Shown here in pieces: positions 59,296 through 64,000 of a stretch of DNA of 64,000 nucleotides (within the stretch, counting starts at the first letter, position 1; each line of letters begins with the position of its first letter). Position numbers and translations under genes: made by a program. Source of the stretch: Amoebidium appalachense. Taxonomy: Eukaryota; Protista; Ichthyosporea. The notes under the pieces were generated by a model. That model saw only the letters and a program-made list of their open reading frames with translations. It had not been told where the DNA came from and ran no database searches. The stretch is from NCBI GenBank assembly GCA_963693365.1, contig CAVNZM010000005.1:8908334-8972333 (forward strand), given 5' to 3'.

Positions 59296-61657
59296 TTAGC
59301 GATGGGATCGGCAGATTCACTAATCCGATGAAGGCCTGTGTTAGGCATTTCTCGCGGTGTTTCGCGTTACGTAAAAGTGACACTAGTGTTCAGATCACCG
59401 GGGTGTTTCTACGCCCAGTCTTTTTTGGAGATAATCTATCGTTTAAGGTGCCCAGTCGAGAAATGGCCGACATCATCGATAAACTTTCAGGCTGTGGGGG
59501 GTTTATTTTGTACCAATGACATTGAGTTTTACGGCTCGAGGATATAACATGATTTGCTGAACTTGCAGAGACTTGCAGGTGATACGTCTATTGTCAAAAG
59601 GTCGGACATTTTTTTGAACGAAGAGTGCACACGGGGTGACTGCTTTGAACGAATGAAAACTAGGGGCGAATGGAAAGCATATATGCATTCATGTCAACCA
59701 TGGTGAAGATATACAACAAACTCCCGAATAATCCGGATACAATAGAATTTTAGATATTGAGGGGATATTCCGAGCAAAACCCCCCCCCCCATACCTGAGA
59801 CTGGTTCTCTTTGCCTCGAGTAAACAGCGTAAACCCCCTTTTAGATATGGTATTAATCGTCATGTAGAGAGGCCCTATTTCAGGAAATGCGTGTAGCGAT
59901 TGCCTGGGTATAGGTGTGTGCAGTATATAAGAATAGTAAATAGCTTGAGTAAGGTAGATGTAAGCTTAAGGATGAGCATGGGTGATAACCGCATTCAGGA
60001 ATGGATAGGTTGAGATATAAAAAGGATAGTTTAGGATGTATTTTCTTTTATAATGGCTTTATTGATGTGCTCATATGTTCGAAGGACACGAAAAAGAGAT
60101 ATCCCAGATATCTCGAGAGACGATTTTCGAGTCACTCAAATGAGAAGTAGGCTCACTGGAATACGGACGTCGACCCAAAGGTATAAAAATACAAATAAAC
60201 ACTAAAGGCAGGAGTGAAAACGATAAGTTGATATCTCGGCTGCCACAACAAAGAAAACCTCAATAAAGGTGACCTAATATGAATTGAGTCACAGAAATCA
60301 TTGAGTGAAACGCGTACGTTAACACACAGAAATTTGAGTAAATGCGTACGTTAACATGGAAATAGCATGGATGGCAGGGTACAAAATGAGAGGCTTGGGG
60401 CATGGCTAGATTGCTCCATCAAAGCCACGAAGATGTCTAGGCTACAAACTGGAAGGAAGCCATCTGTAACTGCTCTGGAGACAGAGCCCTCGGCCAAAAC
60501 TCGATCACTGGAGCAGCACACGAGGTTTCAAAAGAGCAATACAGAACATGTAAGACTGCACAACTACCTTAGGGGGCGCAGCGACAGGAGTAACCCTCCA
60601 AGGAGAATAGCAGCCAAACAAGGTAGCCTAGCTGTAACGGGAGATGCAAAAGGAACCAACACTACCAAGCAAGCGGGTACACAAATCAAGGCTATAGAGC
60701 TAACTGCCACCACAAGGGCCCGTAACTGTAGCCGGCTGAGGAAGCTGCTCGACGTCCCAGTCGGCTACAAACTACCCCAGACGCGTAGCGCGGAGGAGAC
60801 GCCAACCAAGCCGCAGGTGCACCCCAAGGAGAAAACGTAGATTCGGAGATAACTTAGTTGTGGCCCCCATCATAGAAAAAGGGTGCCGTCACTAACCCAG
60901 AAGGCCGCCAACCCCCTAAACGAGAAGCCTCGCGGCCATCAGAGTACCATCCGCACGCCCCGACGGGTAAAGGACGTGAAGACAGAACCATGATGGAGAG
61001 AGGTAGCTCACCAGCTCCTTGCAGCAGGAAACAACCATCACCCCGGTTGCGCCAGCACCTGCCTGGAGGTGATCCCCCCTGCACCGGACTTCAGTCACGC
61101 GTCACAAAAAGAAAGAAGCGAATCGAAAGCTCTTATATACCTGCCATGATGAAAAGTCGGGGAAAAAAAATTGATGTGAAAGGAAGGTGATCGAAGTGAA
61201 AATGAAGTCTTATAATGTATTTTCGTGGTGGTGGTCATTAGATAAGAGTAGATGTCATGTAGAGACAATAATGAGATGTGCGTGTGTAGCTTTTGCACGT
61301 GTACATGGGCTGGCCATGCATGCATTGGATAGCATAGTAGATAGATTCTGAAGCACAGTTTTAATAATGACCTTAGGTGTTAACCGTACATGATTATCTC
61401 GTGCTTACCATGCTGGTATGTGTATGCTTACTAATATATATAATAATCACCTTAGTAATTATTACTGACTATACTATATTTTTAAATAGTCATCAATAAA
61501 TGCTAAGGAGAGGTGAATAATAGCGTGCAATTTTCTCTGCAGTCTTCTTCCCATAAAAATTCGACTAATAAGCTGTGTGCGATTCTTTAAGCATTGGCTT
61601 GGTTTTAACCCCCGTGCTGTTGGGGTATCTCTCCCGTTCTCGAACGTTAGAGGGGGG

Positions 61658-61689
<32 letters not shown>

Positions 61690-62703
61690 GGGGGGGGGGG
61701 CTGGATGGGTGGCTGTGTACCCGTGTGGCTGAGTGAGTGGGTTGCATTTGAAAGGTGGTTGATTACTGCCACGGGGTTTGTGAGTTGTGCACACGTGGGT
61801 GGGTGGGTGGGCAAAGGGGCAGGTCACTTGGATGGGCAGGTGGGTGCTTATGTATACACAGGGTGGGCCACCGTGGTGGGTGGGTACGTATATACACGCA
61901 GACTATTATTAATGAATTATTCAGTGCGAAGAAAGTGTTCTTGTCCATGATCAGAAAAGGTTGCATTGCCTATACGTCTATACACCTATACAAACATTGC
62001 CTATACGTCTTACGGCTTGCCAACTGCATGCTTATGCTTATTACTGGCACCGCTAAGGGGTTAAGACGAAGTAATTTGGGTAGTGCAATAATGAAAAAAA
62101 GTTTAAATACTCCAAACCTACTGGTGTCATACGATTCGAATGCGTCTCTGGTAGCTTTCCTAAATGCCCATACAGCTTCGACACGCAAACACCCAGTGAA
62201 CCTAAATTTTTAACAGTAGAAGTTCAAATTATAATACTATAGAGCAGCTGGCGATGTCACGGGCGGCATACAACTAACGGCACCCAACCTTTGCAAGCAG
62301 CAAGGAATGGGCAGAGACTTGTAGTCATACAGTCATACTGTCTAAATATGGTTATAAATTAAGGTGGGGGTAGGCCTACACCGGTTGTTCTAGGAGTTCC
62401 TCTGAACTCGATGTTATCACAGTATGGATGGTGACATTCGATCATCTAATATGGTGCAATCATCATAAATCGGCTAAGGAAAAGAATCTTCGTTTCACCA
62501 CATTACTTGTTATGTTTCTATATATTTAGTGACTAATAACCCCTCATTCGGCCCTCATCAACACCCCCCCAAAAAAGGAAAGAAAGAAAGGAAACGTCCG
62601 GGTGGTGATGACTTCATCTATAAAATAAAAAAATATACGAATTACTGTCCTTCATCTAGCTAGCAAACGAAGTATGGATACGCAACATCTCAACGTGTTA
62701 ACC

Positions 62704-63028
62704 CTACAACGTGCACGCAAAGCTGCCGATGGTATTTTGGCACTTGTAGCCGGCATCACACGGTATGGCTTCACCTGCATATGGTGTGCACTCGTCTTTG
62801 TCTGGGGAGGAGAAGTGGGGGGGGGGGGGGGGGGGGGGGGGGGGGAGGGGTTCAGTTAGTCTTTTGCCAAGAGTTCAAGTGTCTTGATGCTCGTGTTCGT
62901 GTGTATCTCTCTTCCCTCCCCCCCCCCCCCCCCCACCCCCTCCCCCCTCCTTCTCTCTATGATTTGAGGGGATCTTCCTTCCTCCAAACAACACGTGCAT
63001 GCAAGCAACACATACTTGCATGCACACA

Positions 63029-63087
<59 letters not shown>

Positions 63088-63117
63088 ATGCACATGCACA
63101 CACACACACACACAAAC

Positions 63118-63181
<64 letters not shown>

Positions 63182-63495
63182 ATCTCCCACTGCACCCCAA
63201 GCTCAAGCCACTACCTCCCTTTCCCCATATCTCTTTGACAATCCAGCAACGGTCCAATGAAAAATCATACTCAAAAACGTAAATCACACCATACCACACC
63301 TATACCACATCCGTAAATTAACCCCCCACAGCTTACCTTTGCACTGGAAATTTGACGCGTTGACATAATTGTCGTATTCGTATCCCGCATCGCACTCGCA
63401 CGTGTATCGAACAGCACTATCGGTAGAGTCACGACACACAGAGTTTGCAATGGGGCATAACTGGCTGTTCGGGTACCTCGCGCACTCGTCAATGT
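62704..63495 (-). CDS. 3' exons of a calcium-binding EGF-like repeat protein (gene continues beyond the right window edge)
   Basis: Phase 1-1 exon 63495-63337 encodes DIDECARYPNSQLCPIANSVCRDSTDSAVRYTCECDAGYEYDNYVNASNFQCK (6-Cys cbEGF). Exon 62801-62704 encodes DKDECTPYAGEAIPCDAGYKCQNTIGSFACTL* (D.DEC and C.NT.GSF.C motifs). Neither is in the ORF track. Confidence 0.85.
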
Positions 63496-63810
63496 CTGCG
63501 TGTGTGTGTGTGTTTTAGGGGGGGGGGGGGGGGGGGGGGGGGTGGAGGGGGAGGACGGAGGGAGGGAGGTGGGGAGGTTTGGAGGGGGAAGGGGGGGGGG
63601 GGGGGGGGGGGGGGAATGAGTGAGTAAGTGAGTGAGTGAGTGAGTGAGTGATGGAGTAAAAGGGAGTTGATCATTTCGTGTTAATAACGAGAACGGGATT
63701 TTTTTTCTTTTTTCTTTTTTTCTTTTTCTTTTTTTTTTTTTTTTTGTGGGGGGGGGGGGGGGGGGGAGGGGGGGAAGGGGGGAAGGGGGGAAGGGGGGAA
63801 GGGAGGGAGG

Positions 63811-63887
<77 letters not shown>

Positions 63888-64000
63888 AGGGAGGGAGGGA
63901 GGGAGAGAAAGGGGATCGGAAGCAAGACCAGCCGAAAGGAGGAAGATTATGAAGAGAGAGACTTTGGGGGGCGGGAGGGGAGGAGGGGGGAGGGGAGAGA

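Noticed and set aside
60367-61160. 157-aa ORF and purine-rich continuation as a gene
   Set aside because: No recognisable domain, interrupted by stops, no clear splice structure; probably a decayed repeat.

Overview
This is eukaryotic DNA with spliceosomal GT-AG introns packed with (CA)n/(TG)n, (CT)n and poly-C/G tracts; almost all ORFs in the supplied track are low-complexity artefacts. Joining exons by hand gives five protein-coding genes. (1) A divergent bHLH-PAS transcription factor (+, ~9138-21029). (2) A convergent tandem two-domain TyrB10/GlnE7 globin ending in a CaaX box (-, 30548-23642). (3, 4) A head-to-head pair of paralogous genes (-, 45088-35706 and +, 50739-59295), each encoding a seven-transmembrane GPCR-like domain fused directly to a tyrosine kinase domain; this is the best candidate for an undescribed system. 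(5) The 3' end of a calcium-binding EGF-repeat gene at the right edge (-). The two kinase genes are strongly diverged except for two near-identical, GC-rich catalytic-core exon tracts. One of them carries minisatellites that multiply a splice acceptor and a splice donor. The rest is MITE-, SINE- and foldback-type repeats and degraded coding remnants. The gene content suggests a holozoan, possibly a unicellular relative of animals (inference only). All gene models and counts were made by eye, without database searches or transcript evidence.
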